Source: Bdellovibrio sp.
GTDB taxonomy: Bacteria > Bdellovibrionota > Bdellovibrionia > Bdellovibrionales > Bdellovibrionaceae
Assembly: GCA_036676395.1 (NCBI GenBank)
Contig: JAKFCY010000002.1
Location: 160,001-224,000, forward strand
Reading direction: 5' to 3'
Length of the DNA: 64,000 nucleotides
A program made the position numbers and the translations under genes. Below the pieces are notes generated by a model that did no database searches, was not told the DNA's origin, and saw only the letters and a program-made list of their open reading frames with translations. Positions 11,022 to 20,210 of this stretch are shown here, in pieces; position 1 is the first letter of the stretch, and each line of letters starts with the position of its first letter.

Positions 11022-11427
11022 CGTCCTCAGAAGCTTCTTCGTCTTCATCATCGAAGTCGTCATCCTCATCATCTTCGTCGTCGTCTTCTTCGTCTTCATC
11101 ATCATCGATTTCGCCAGCGACTTCGATGCGAACAAGCCAACCTTCTTCGTATGGATCTTCCATAAGAACAGCAGGATCATCGACAACTTGTTGATTGATT
11201 TCGATAATTGTTCCTTCGAACGGCGAAACGATATCAATTGTTCCGTCGTCAGATTCTACGCTTCCGAAAGCAGTGTCTGCTTCAACTTTTTCTTGTTCGG
11301 GAGGTAAATCAATCGTGTTGATTTCTGTGATGTCTTCAAGACCTTCATCATTAATACCAATTGTAATAATGCCGTCAGTTTCTGAATACCAAAGATTGTG
11401 ATTAAAGTTTTTTATTTTTCCGGCCAT
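11011..11427 (-). CDS. Glycine cleavage H-like protein lacking the lipoyl lysine, with acidic C-terminal tail
   Basis: GcvH-fold motifs (TIGI, FGSVES, IVSPFEG.IIEIN, NxDPY-like EDPYEEGWL), but VESDD replaces VESVK. Confidence 0.85.
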   Translation of the reverse strand: MAGKIKNFNHNLWYSETDGIITIGINDEGLEDITEINTIDLPPEQEKVEADTAFGSVESDDGTIDIVSPFEGTIIEINQQVVDDPAVLMEDPYEEGWLVRIEVAGEIDDDEDEEDDDEDDEDDDFDDEDEEASEDDEE

Positions 11428-11623
11428 ATTTTTTCCTATTTATGCTCAAGATAAATCCATTTTAACTATTTTTTTCACGGGGTCAAATTTTGGCGAATTT
11501 TTAACAAAAGATATAATTCTTCTTAACGCAAATTTTAAAAATAGACTTTATCTAACTGTGTCTGTTACAACACACCAACTTTTAGAGAAAAGCTAATTTG
11601 AGTCACAAGTCAGAGGGGGATGA

Positions 11624-12226
11624 ATGACGACAATGCGTTTTTTTATGATCGGTTCTTGGACCGAGGGGATGTTTCATTTTCAGAAACTAATGCCCTTTAT
11701 AGTATCATATGAACCAGCAACAATTCAGGCAACAGCGTATCGTTTACCGGTGGGATTTCCAGTTATCACTGAAGAAAAAGCCGCCACAATTCATGGTCAA
11801 ATCATTGAATTAAATGCGGATGCAACTCTGTTGGCGTTAATGGACACTTTGCACGGAGTAAAAGCAGCAGATCCTACTAAGGGTTTGCACTATCGCACGC
11901 AAGCGCAAGTCACCAAAAATTCGGGTCAGACTGACACAGCCGAAGTTTATTTTTATAATCCAAAAAAATTGACAGCAAAAGCAGCAGTTATTGCTGGCGG
12001 TTTATGGAAGCAGTCTTTAGAAGAGCAGCAGCCATTGCCATTACAATTAACTGAAAAGCAAAAAACCTATGTGCTTAAATTAGGTGCTGTTAAAGGCCGC
12101 GATATTATTCCGATCAATGATCTTACTTTATATCGTGAATTGATGAAATTAGAGTTGATCGTTGATAAAGGCCGCCGTTTAGCATTGAGTTCTTTAGGCA
12201 AAGAAGTTTATAACCATCTTGTTTAA
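11624..12226 (+). CDS. Gamma-glutamylcyclotransferase (GGCT/AIG2)-like protein with C-terminal extension
   Basis: FFMIGS start, GFPVI, IHGQI, LMDTLHG, LHYR, AEVYFY and IAGGLW match the GGCT pattern. Confidence 0.65.
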   Translation: MTTMRFFMIGSWTEGMFHFQKLMPFIVSYEPATIQATAYRLPVGFPVITEEKAATIHGQIIELNADATLLALMDTLHGVKAADPTKGLHYRTQAQVTKNSGQTDTAEVYFYNPKKLTAKAAVIAGGLWKQSLEEQQPLPLQLTEKQKTYVLKLGAVKGRDIIPINDLTLYRELMKLELIVDKGRRLALSSLGKEVYNHLV

Positions 12227-12705
12227 TGGACCATTTAAAACCGATCGATCCACTTTTTAGAATTGTTATTGTTGAGCCGGAAATTCCACAAAATACCGGT
12301 AATATAGGTCGCACCTGTGTTGGTGCGACTTGTGAACTTCACCTCATTAAACCCATGAGTTTTGAAATCACTGATTCGCAAGTCAAACGTGCGGGCCTTG
12401 ATTATTGGCCACATCTTTCTTGGAAAATTCATGAAAATTTTAACGACTGGTATAATTCAGTCGAAGATAAAAGCCGCATTTTTTATATTGAAAACAAAGT
12501 AGAGCAAACCATCTATCAAGCGAACTTTAAAAGAGGCGATTGGTTAGTTTTTGGAAAAGAGACAAAAGGTTTGGACCCTGATTTGCTTATGTCAAATCTG
12601 GATCGTGCCTATATGATACCACAAACAGGGCCAGTTCGCAGTTTGAACTTGGCCACAGCTGTGGCGATCACGATCTATGAAGGTTTTAGACAGGTGAATG
12701 TGTGA
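12226..12705 (+). CDS. trmL: tRNA (cytidine(34)-2'-O)-methyltransferase
   Basis: PEIPQNTGNIGRTC, RAGLDYW, FGKETKGL, RSLNLA (SPOUT). Confidence 0.93.
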   Translation: MDHLKPIDPLFRIVIVEPEIPQNTGNIGRTCVGATCELHLIKPMSFEITDSQVKRAGLDYWPHLSWKIHENFNDWYNSVEDKSRIFYIENKVEQTIYQANFKRGDWLVFGKETKGLDPDLLMSNLDRAYMIPQTGPVRSLNLATAVAITIYEGFRQVNV

Positions 12706-13547
12706 AAAAAATATTGTTAATTTTATTGGCGTTAACTGCATTTTCAAATATCGCTGAAGCAAAACGCCCGTTAGTTTTATGGTTACATGGGTGTTTGCAA
12801 TCGCCAGAAAGTTTTATCACTCAATCTAAAATCGAAGAATTAACTCAAGAACTAAATCCTGTGATTTTAGCGCCTGAACAAAATATTTTTGCAAATCCTG
12901 TTAAATGCTGGAATTGGTTTTTACCAAGTTTACAAGACCGCAAAGCATTTATGGCTTCAGTGGTCTCTGATATTACGGCATTAGTTGATTCAGGTGTTGT
13001 TGATGCCAACAGAATTTATGTGGGTGGGTTTTCTGCAGGTGCGGTTTTATCGACGCATTTTGCGTTATGTTATCCAGAAATTTTTAAAGGAGCACTTTTA
13101 CATTCAGGGGCTCCGTTTAAATTTGTGCAAAGTTTATTCGGTGCGGGTAATGACGATGATTTAGCATACGCTGGTTACGAGTGTGCAGACCATATTTTAC
13201 CTGCGAAATTAAATACGGTGACGATTTTTTCTGGCACTAATGATTTAATTTCAACAGAGCGTGATAATAAATTAGTCTTAGAACAGTTTTTAGGTTTTTA
13301 CGATTTATCAGATGATCAATTGTTAAATGATTCTTCAGTTGCAGCTGTTACAGTATCAACTACTGATCGTAAAGGCGATAAAATCACTGATTATGTGATG
13401 CACTCAGGGTCACATGTGCGTTTTGTTTCAATCAAAGGTCTGCGCCACCAATTTAGCGGTGGTGATGAAAACAGTTTAGCCACTTCGCCTGAAACTCTAT
13501 CTGCAGTCGGCGCTTTTTTGAAGTGGACCAAGAATTTTACCAATTAA
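12702..13547 (+). CDS. Secreted PHB depolymerase/LpqC family esterase
   Basis: Signal peptide; LHGCLQ oxyanion motif, CWNWF, GFSAG nucleophile elbow. Confidence 0.85.
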   Translation: MKKILLILLALTAFSNIAEAKRPLVLWLHGCLQSPESFITQSKIEELTQELNPVILAPEQNIFANPVKCWNWFLPSLQDRKAFMASVVSDITALVDSGVVDANRIYVGGFSAGAVLSTHFALCYPEIFKGALLHSGAPFKFVQSLFGAGNDDDLAYAGYECADHILPAKLNTVTIFSGTNDLISTERDNKLVLEQFLGFYDLSDDQLLNDSSVAAVTVSTTDRKGDKITDYVMHSGSHVRFVSIKGLRHQFSGGDENSLATSPETLSAVGAFLKWTKNFTN

Positions 13548-13696
13548 TAATTCATTTCAGGGTTAAAGACTTGTAAAGAGATGCGTAAAATAACGTTATA
13601 ATGGATCTCTGGCTAGACTGTCTCAAGTTGAGACTAAAATGTAAAAATCGTCAAAAAAAAGCACAATATTTTTAAGAATTTACCGATAAGTTAACA

Positions 13697-16600
13697 GTGA
13701 AGAACGTATGCAGGACACTTAGCAGATGGCTATTTATTTTTGTAAGTATTTTTATGCTTGCACCGAGCGTGTTTTCTGCAAACTACACCACATATCAAGC
13801 TAAAATTGTTAAGCCCGATGGTTATCCATTAGAATCAAATAACGTCAATTTTAAATTTACAATTTTAGAACCAACCGGCAGTTGCATTTTGTATGCTGAA
13901 ACTTACAGTTCAGTGAACATGGCAAACACTGGCGGGTTGATTTCTTTTTCGCTTGGTTCTGGGGTTAAAACTTATCCGGTCAGTAGTCCGACATTTGTTG
14001 ATATTTTTAATAATGCGGTTGCATCGCATTCGTGTGATGCAGGCGGGCCCGTAAGTTATTCACCGAACTCTGATGATACCAGAAAAATCGTGATGCAATT
14101 TCATGACGGTAACGGTTGGCAAACGCTGCCAGCGATGACGATCAATGCCGTGCCCTATGCGATGTATGCCAACGATTCGCAACAATTAGGTGGCGTAGCT
14201 GCTGCAAATTATGTTCGTCATAGCACGATTCCGACTTGTACGGCATCGCAAGCACTTCAGTATACTGGGGCAAGTTTTAATTGTGTGGCATTGCCAGACG
14301 CAGGTGTGTTCAGTGCAGCTGATGTAGCAACAGCTTTAAGTTATACACCAGCAAATGCAGTGAGCGTAACTTCGTTAAGTAGCGAAATTGGCAATGTGTC
14401 GTCAACGGTGTATGCGGTTTCGTCGACAGTAAATAGTTTAACTTCAAATTTTTCAAGTTTACAAAACAGTGTTGCTGTTTCATTAGCTGCCATCACAAGT
14501 TCACAATGGGTAACGTCAGGAACAACTCTTTTTTATAATTCAGGCAATGTTGTAGTTTCTGGTGGTTTACGCATCAGTATGGATGTTGCGGTCTGTTCAA
14601 TAAATTTAGCAGGTGCCTTACGCTATAATTCAGGCGCTGTTGAATATTGTAACGGAACAACCTGGACAGCCTTTGGAGTTTCTGGAGCCGGCTTGCAGGG
14701 GTTAAATGGTTCAACTTCAGGAACACAAACTTTTGCGATCGGAACAGCCGGCACGGCACCAACATTTGTAACAAATAATGGTGTGCACACTTTAAATATT
14801 CCGTTAGCCAGCGCTGGATCAGTAACTGGTGGGTTATTATCTAACGCTGATTATTCAACATTTATGAATAAGATCACATCAAGTGCCGCAAGCATTGCGC
14901 AGGTGTTAGGTTTTACTCCGGCAAATAATGCAACGCTTGCCAATTATGCCGTACGTTCAAATAATTTAAGTGATTTAACTTCAAGTGCAACAGCACGCGC
15001 TAATTTGGGCGTTGGCTATATCGGTACTTTAACAAGTGTAGATTTAAGTTCAGCCGATGTCAGCGGAACACTGGCGATTGCAAGAACGCCTTCTTATATA
15101 GGTGATGTCACAAAAGCTGCAGCAAGTAATGCATTAGTGTTATCAAACACAGGTGTTGTGGCTGGTACGTATAATAAAGTTACTGTCGATGCAAAAGGCC
15201 GTGTCACTTCAAGTTCTGCCTTAACGGCCAGTGATGTAAATACCGCTCTTACTTATACAGCTGCAAATAGTGCTACGGTAGCATCGTTAAATTCAAGCGT
15301 CATAGCTTCATTTACTTCGGTGGCAAATTCTTTGGCGACAATATCTGGTACTTTAAGTTCAACTGTAAGTTCACAGTGGACAACTTCTGGCGCGGCTATT
15401 TTTTATAATTCGAGTGTAGGCGTGGGCACTGAGGCACCAGCGGCCAAACTGCATATCTGGCGTTCAGGCGGAACAACTATTGGTGGGTCTTCATCAAGCA
15501 CGGCTAATGCTGGTTTGCTGATTGAAGGCGGCGCCGCAGGAGTTCTGACTTTTGATGGAAATGAAATTCAACAATTCGGAGATACTTTATTTTTGCGTGG
15601 TGAAAACGGAATCAACTTTGCTATTGGCGATGGCGCTGATGGTAACAGCAGTACGCCGATGGTGCTTAACTCTAACGGCCGACTAGGCGTTGGTACGACG
15701 AATCCATTGGTGCAAAATCACTTTCATAAAGCAACGACTATTGGAACAGTTGGAGCCTTAAATATTAATTCTGCTGTTCTTCGTATTTCAGAAGCCGCAA
15801 GCGCGACACTAAATTTCGATGGTAATACTATTGTAGCTGAAGATGATTTATATCTTGGTACAAAAGGTTCAGGTGTATTTCAATTAATCAGCAGCGATAC
15901 GGTTCGTGTTAATATTGCAAATACCGGTAACATAGGTGTGGGCGCAAACTTTACACCAACAGCCCGGTTACATTTAGTTTCAGGCACGGCAGCCGCAAAT
16001 TCAGCTCCCTTAAAATTTACTTCAGGAACTTTAATGACAGCGGCACAAGCTGGCGCGATGGAGTATGATGGTTCTGGATTTTATTTAACAGATGGTGCAG
16101 GAACACGCCGAGTGATTGCCACAGCGACTATGCCGGGCTCATTAGATAATGCTTCAATTATTAATTCGACCGGCAACATGAATTTGGTTCCGGTGGGATC
16201 AGTTATTGTATCAGCGACAACTCAATCTACGAATTCACAAACTGGTGCGCTAGTTGTTAAAGGCGGATTAGGTGTTGCCGGAAATATTTTTGCATCAGGC
16301 ACAATTATCACCTCATCAAATATTCAAGGCGCTTCAATCACAGCAACTAACGGCATGATTGCGCCGTACATTGCAGGCAGTATTGTATCTAGTGGTAGTT
16401 TAACTTTAGATTCAACGACTCATGCAACTAAAGGTAAAATTTTATTAGCGCCAAACGGGGGCTATGTCGGAGTAGGTACAGTCGTGCCAACAGAAAAATT
16501 TCACGTGGCAGGCAATGGTCTTTACAGGTCAAATGATACGATCTTAAAAGTTCAGGAATCAAATCATGCCTTAGGTTCGGCCCAGATACAGGTCGGCCAA

Positions 16601-19051
16601 AGTGATTGGTATGGATTTTTGAATTACGACACCGCTACCGATGTATTTACTATCGATACAGCGTTAAATGGTGTCACGACTGGTACGGGCGGTATTCATA
16701 TTAAACACACAAGTGGAAATGTCGGAATCGGAACAAGCGCGCCAACCGAAGCCCTGCAAGTGAGTGGAGCGATCAGAGCTAATGCAGTTTTAAATTCGGC
16801 AAATGAAATCTTTGAAATAAATGCGGGCATAACTCTTACGGATTCTACAAATCCTGCGTTAGAACTTAGAACGACAGCTGCAGTCAGTGATGCGGGCGCT
16901 GTTCGTCTAACGATGGGTGAAACAGCTACATCTTTCATATCATTTGGAAAAGAAGTTGGTGGAGCTGCTAAATCCGATTACTTATATATAAACAATACGG
17001 GCAGCGTCGGCATTGGCACCGCTTCGCCTACACAGTCGCTTGATGTTATTGGTACAATTAAATTCGGTGCTGATACGTTGCGCGCTGGTCATTTAAAATC
17101 TGTTGGCAGCGGCTTGTCGCCAAATCCAGGATCTTCAGCTTTCGGTGCGATCGTTGAAGGTGCAAGTGAAGGTCATTTAGTTTTAGATTTAAAAAATAAT
17201 CAAACAAATGATGCTATCGCTTTTCGTTATTCGGCAGCACAGAATATGGTGGTCGACACTGTTGGTTTGGTGATGAATGGTTCTGGTGAAGTCGGTATTG
17301 GAACAACAGCTCCAAGTTCAAAACTAGAAGTTGTAGTTGATAGCAGTGCTATTACTCCTGGATCAGGCAATGCCATCAAAATTTCAAATGCAGATCCGAC
17401 CATTAACAATATGGCGGGTCTTATTTTTAATGCTTCTGTCGCTGGTTCATCTGGTGCCGGTATGTATACGGCATTTGAAGAACAGGACGCTTCCCCTGCT
17501 GCCAATCTTCGTTTTTACACCAACTCGGGTTCGGCCTTTACTGAAAGGATGAGAATTTCAAAAGAAGGTAATGTTGGTCTAGGCACAAGTGCGCCAGCTT
17601 CACGATTAGATATAATGTCTGCAGATACAGTTCCGTTACTGATCAGAAATACTAATCCCGCTGGATACAGCGGATTAAATGTCTACGATAATACAAACAC
17701 GCTGGTGGGAACAGTTCATTACTCTAATCCTAGTGCGGGTATTAATCCTGATACATTTTGGATCGGCAGTCGTAAAACTGGAGTTCCGTTGATATTTACT
17801 ACGGGTGGTTCTGCAGAGCGTATGCGCATTGATGACACAGGTTATGTCGGTATTGGTACTAGCAACCCAGCAACGGTGTTAAACATTGTCGGTACCGGCG
17901 GAGCTAACGATGATCTATTGGTCGATTCGTACGGGAACTCGGGCGAGAGTACCGTGATGATAAGACGGGCGCGTGGAACAATTGCTTCAGCAACCCAATT
18001 GTTGGCTAATGATCGTATCGGTTTTTTAACTTTCCGGGGTTATGATGGCTCTGCATTTTTAGATTTATCGCGTATCCAGGCATCAACAGAAGCAAATCTC
18101 AGTGTCAGTGCTTCATCAAATCTTCAATTTTTTACAACCTATGATGGTTCAAACACAGAAAAAATGCGAATTACCGCTTCGGGCGCGGTTGGGGTTGGTA
18201 CTTCGGCTCCGACTGCTGGATATAGAATGGATGTTTTCGGTGATCTGCAAGTCGGTAACGGCGGTGCTTCGCAAACCATTCGATTCAGAACCGTAAATAC
18301 AGACAGTGGTTTTATCAGATTTAATTCAACTGCAGACTCTGCAGGAAATTCGTCATTAGAAATTGGTACAATGGATAATAACGATGAGCCGATTATTTTC
18401 ACACAATCAGGTCTTGAAAGAATGCGTATTCACTCAAATACATATGTGGGTATTGGAACGGCAACGCCAACTACACACCTTGCGGTAAATTCAAGTGCAG
18501 GTTATACGATTATCTCAAATAAAAATTCTGCGGCCGGTGGCCAAGAATGGCGCTGGTATTCATCATCAACAGGTGCGCCACTTGGATCAGACTCAATGTG
18601 TTTCGGTCTTGGCGCGTGTATCTTAAGTATTTATTCGAGTGGTAACGCTACATTGGCAGGAACTCTTACACAAAGTTCTGATGTGCGCTTAAAACGCGAA
18701 ATCAGTTCGATTCCGTATGCGCTTGATGCAGTCACAAAACTTGAAGGTGTGACTTACTACTGGAAAGATTCAACAAAAGATGCATCGAAACAAATTGGTC
18801 TCATCGCTCAAGACGTGGAAAAAGTTTTTCCTGAAGCCGTGAAAACCAATGCCCAAGGATTTAAATCAGTGGCTTACCAAAACTTAATCGCTCCGCTGAT
18901 CAATGCGTTGCGCGAAGTTCGTGAGTGGATGTTTGCAACTGATGAACGCGTTTCAGCTCTAGAAAAAGATAATGCTAAAATTAAAGCAGAAAATCAGATG
19001 CTTAAAGAATATCTTTGCGAAAAAGATCCATCAGCAAAAATCTGTAAGTAA
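13697..19051 (+). CDS. Trimeric adhesive fibre protein with C-terminal peptidase S74 chaperone (MAT-like)
   Basis: Signal peptide; N-terminal TYQAKI...AVPYA domain; 11 GxVG(I/V)GT..P repeats; C-terminal SDVRLK...GLIAQDVEKVFPEAV followed by a coiled coil. Confidence 0.9.
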   Translation: MKNVCRTLSRWLFIFVSIFMLAPSVFSANYTTYQAKIVKPDGYPLESNNVNFKFTILEPTGSCILYAETYSSVNMANTGGLISFSLGSGVKTYPVSSPTFVDIFNNAVASHSCDAGGPVSYSPNSDDTRKIVMQFHDGNGWQTLPAMTINAVPYAMYANDSQQLGGVAAANYVRHSTIPTCTASQALQYTGASFNCVALPDAGVFSAADVATALSYTPANAVSVTSLSSEIGNVSSTVYAVSSTVNSLTSNFSSLQNSVAVSLAAITSSQWVTSGTTLFYNSGNVVVSGGLRISMDVAVCSINLAGALRYNSGAVEYCNGTTWTAFGVSGAGLQGLNGSTSGTQTFAIGTAGTAPTFVTNNGVHTLNIPLASAGSVTGGLLSNADYSTFMNKITSSAASIAQVLGFTPANNATLANYAVRSNNLSDLTSSATARANLGVGYIGTLTSVDLSSADVSGTLAIARTPSYIGDVTKAAASNALVLSNTGVVAGTYNKVTVDAKGRVTSSSALTASDVNTALTYTAANSATVASLNSSVIASFTSVANSLATISGTLSSTVSSQWTTSGAAIFYNSSVGVGTEAPAAKLHIWRSGGTTIGGSSSSTANAGLLIEGGAAGVLTFDGNEIQQFGDTLFLRGENGINFAIGDGADGNSSTPMVLNSNGRLGVGTTNPLVQNHFHKATTIGTVGALNINSAVLRISEAASATLNFDGNTIVAEDDLYLGTKGSGVFQLISSDTVRVNIANTGNIGVGANFTPTARLHLVSGTAAANSAPLKFTSGTLMTAAQAGAMEYDGSGFYLTDGAGTRRVIATATMPGSLDNASIINSTGNMNLVPVGSVIVSATTQSTNSQTGALVVKGGLGVAGNIFASGTIITSSNIQGASITATNGMIAPYIAGSIVSSGSLTLDSTTHATKGKILLAPNGGYVGVGTVVPTEKFHVAGNGLYRSNDTILKVQESNHALGSAQIQVGQSDWYGFLNYDTATDVFTIDTALNGVTTGTGGIHIKHTSGNVGIGTSAPTEALQVSGAIRANAVLNSANEIFEINAGITLTDSTNPALELRTTAAVSDAGAVRLTMGETATSFISFGKEVGGAAKSDYLYINNTGSVGIGTASPTQSLDVIGTIKFGADTLRAGHLKSVGSGLSPNPGSSAFGAIVEGASEGHLVLDLKNNQTNDAIAFRYSAAQNMVVDTVGLVMNGSGEVGIGTTAPSSKLEVVVDSSAITPGSGNAIKISNADPTINNMAGLIFNASVAGSSGAGMYTAFEEQDASPAANLRFYTNSGSAFTERMRISKEGNVGLGTSAPASRLDIMSADTVPLLIRNTNPAGYSGLNVYDNTNTLVGTVHYSNPSAGINPDTFWIGSRKTGVPLIFTTGGSAERMRIDDTGYVGIGTSNPATVLNIVGTGGANDDLLVDSYGNSGESTVMIRRARGTIASATQLLANDRIGFLTFRGYDGSAFLDLSRIQASTEANLSVSASSNLQFFTTYDGSNTEKMRITASGAVGVGTSAPTAGYRMDVFGDLQVGNGGASQTIRFRTVNTDSGFIRFNSTADSAGNSSLEIGTMDNNDEPIIFTQSGLERMRIHSNTYVGIGTATPTTHLAVNSSAGYTIISNKNSAAGGQEWRWYSSSTGAPLGSDSMCFGLGACILSIYSSGNATLAGTLTQSSDVRLKREISSIPYALDAVTKLEGVTYYWKDSTKDASKQIGLIAQDVEKVFPEAVKTNAQGFKSVAYQNLIAPLINALREVREWMFATDERVSALEKDNAKIKAENQMLKEYLCEKDPSAKICK

Positions 19052-19206
19052 CAATTTTTACAATCTCAGTGACGTTAAATGTTTTTATTGAAGACTTGCT
19101 CTAGCGTGAGCATGACGTAAAATCCAGTACAGCTGAGAAAAACTCTGGCCTCAATATTGTAAATGCATTTCCACGACGATTATTTTTTCGAAAGTTGTGG
19201 GGGGCC

Positions 19207-20013
19207 ATGAAACTTTTATTACTAACAGCCATTATTCTAGGATTTCATTCACTGTCTCAGGCGAATCAAATCACCGCATCTATTGTCACTAAACACAATG
19301 ATCAGTTGGTGATGGTTTCTGAATCTGATCTTGAGTGGAGTTTAAACCAGGTTCCATTTAATTCTTTAAAAAATTTGCAAATTAAAGGAACATTTATGAG
19401 CGCAGAGCGCGCTATTCTGGTTTTTGATATCAATGAAACTGTTTCAAGCCCTGAAACTGTAGCTGCCCAGCAGATTCATGTGTTAACAGCTCAAGAAAGG
19501 CTAGTGGCCGCTGAAATTGATCCAGCTACTGATATGGTTAAGGTTCTAGTTTCAGAATCAGGTGAAGTTTCAACTACAAACGCTGAATTAATAGGCATAA
19601 TCAATCAAATAGATGCTGCATACACAGGCAAGCAGCTTCTTTGGGCTGCTGACGGCCAGGTTTTTACAACTGACGGACACAAAATTGGTCGCGTAACGAT
19701 TGATGGAGTAGTCGTTACGATGGTCACGGATTTGAACAAAAAAATTGCGACCTTAACTGGTTCTGGCTCTGAAATCGTGATCACGGGCGAGAAAAAAGAA
19801 TTCTTAGCCTCGATCGATGAGCTTCAAGATCTCAACGCACAACAAAAAGAAAATCCTGAATGGGTACCGGTCACTGATTTAAAAATTTCAAATCTAAGTT
19901 CTGTTTTGCAGATTGAATTCAGAAACAGCACTGAAGAAGAATCATTTACTGTCTTTAAATTGGTTTCTCCTCTGGTGGTAAGCCAGATTAAAGAGAACCA
20001 AGCTAAAAATTAA
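19207..20013 (+). CDS. Hypothetical secreted protein
   Basis: ATG at 19207 after GGGGG; signal peptide MKLLLLTAIILGFHSLSQA. Confidence 0.6.
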   Translation: MKLLLLTAIILGFHSLSQANQITASIVTKHNDQLVMVSESDLEWSLNQVPFNSLKNLQIKGTFMSAERAILVFDINETVSSPETVAAQQIHVLTAQERLVAAEIDPATDMVKVLVSESGEVSTTNAELIGIINQIDAAYTGKQLLWAADGQVFTTDGHKIGRVTIDGVVVTMVTDLNKKIATLTGSGSEIVITGEKKEFLASIDELQDLNAQQKENPEWVPVTDLKISNLSSVLQIEFRNSTEEESFTVFKLVSPLVVSQIKENQAKN

Positions 20014-20083
20014 GGCCTTTTTAAGTATTGAGCCAGACTTAAATCTGGTTCGCGAAAACACAATCATTCCCTGATGGTTTTCA

Positions 20084-20120
20084 GCCCCCATAGAGATTGG
20101 CTCTATGGGGGTATTTTTTT
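20084..20120 (+). terminator. Rho-independent terminator
   Basis: CCCCCATAGAG-attgg-CTCTATGGGGG followed by TATTTTTTT. Confidence 0.85.
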
Positions 20121-20210
20121 ATGGACCATTGGTGTATCGTGCCTTGCCCCAGGCCTGAATCAGCTCTAAGCTTATTTATTGTAAAACCCAGCAGGCTTAA
20201 GGCGGCATAC

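Noticed and set aside
11022..11237. Met/Lys/Thr-rich N-terminal extension of the DMT ORF
   Set aside because: It is an alternate-frame reading of the GAT/GAC/GAA-rich acidic tail of the gcvH-like gene.
13697..19051. Tail-fibre gene as evidence of a prophage
   Set aside because: It has a Sec signal peptide, with no integrase, capsid, terminase or att sites nearby; it fits a host-encoded adhesin.
20097..20210. N-terminal extension of SecA as a SecM-like leader
   Set aside because: It starts at a TTG inside the terminator loop, has no RBS and shows no SecA or SecM similarity.
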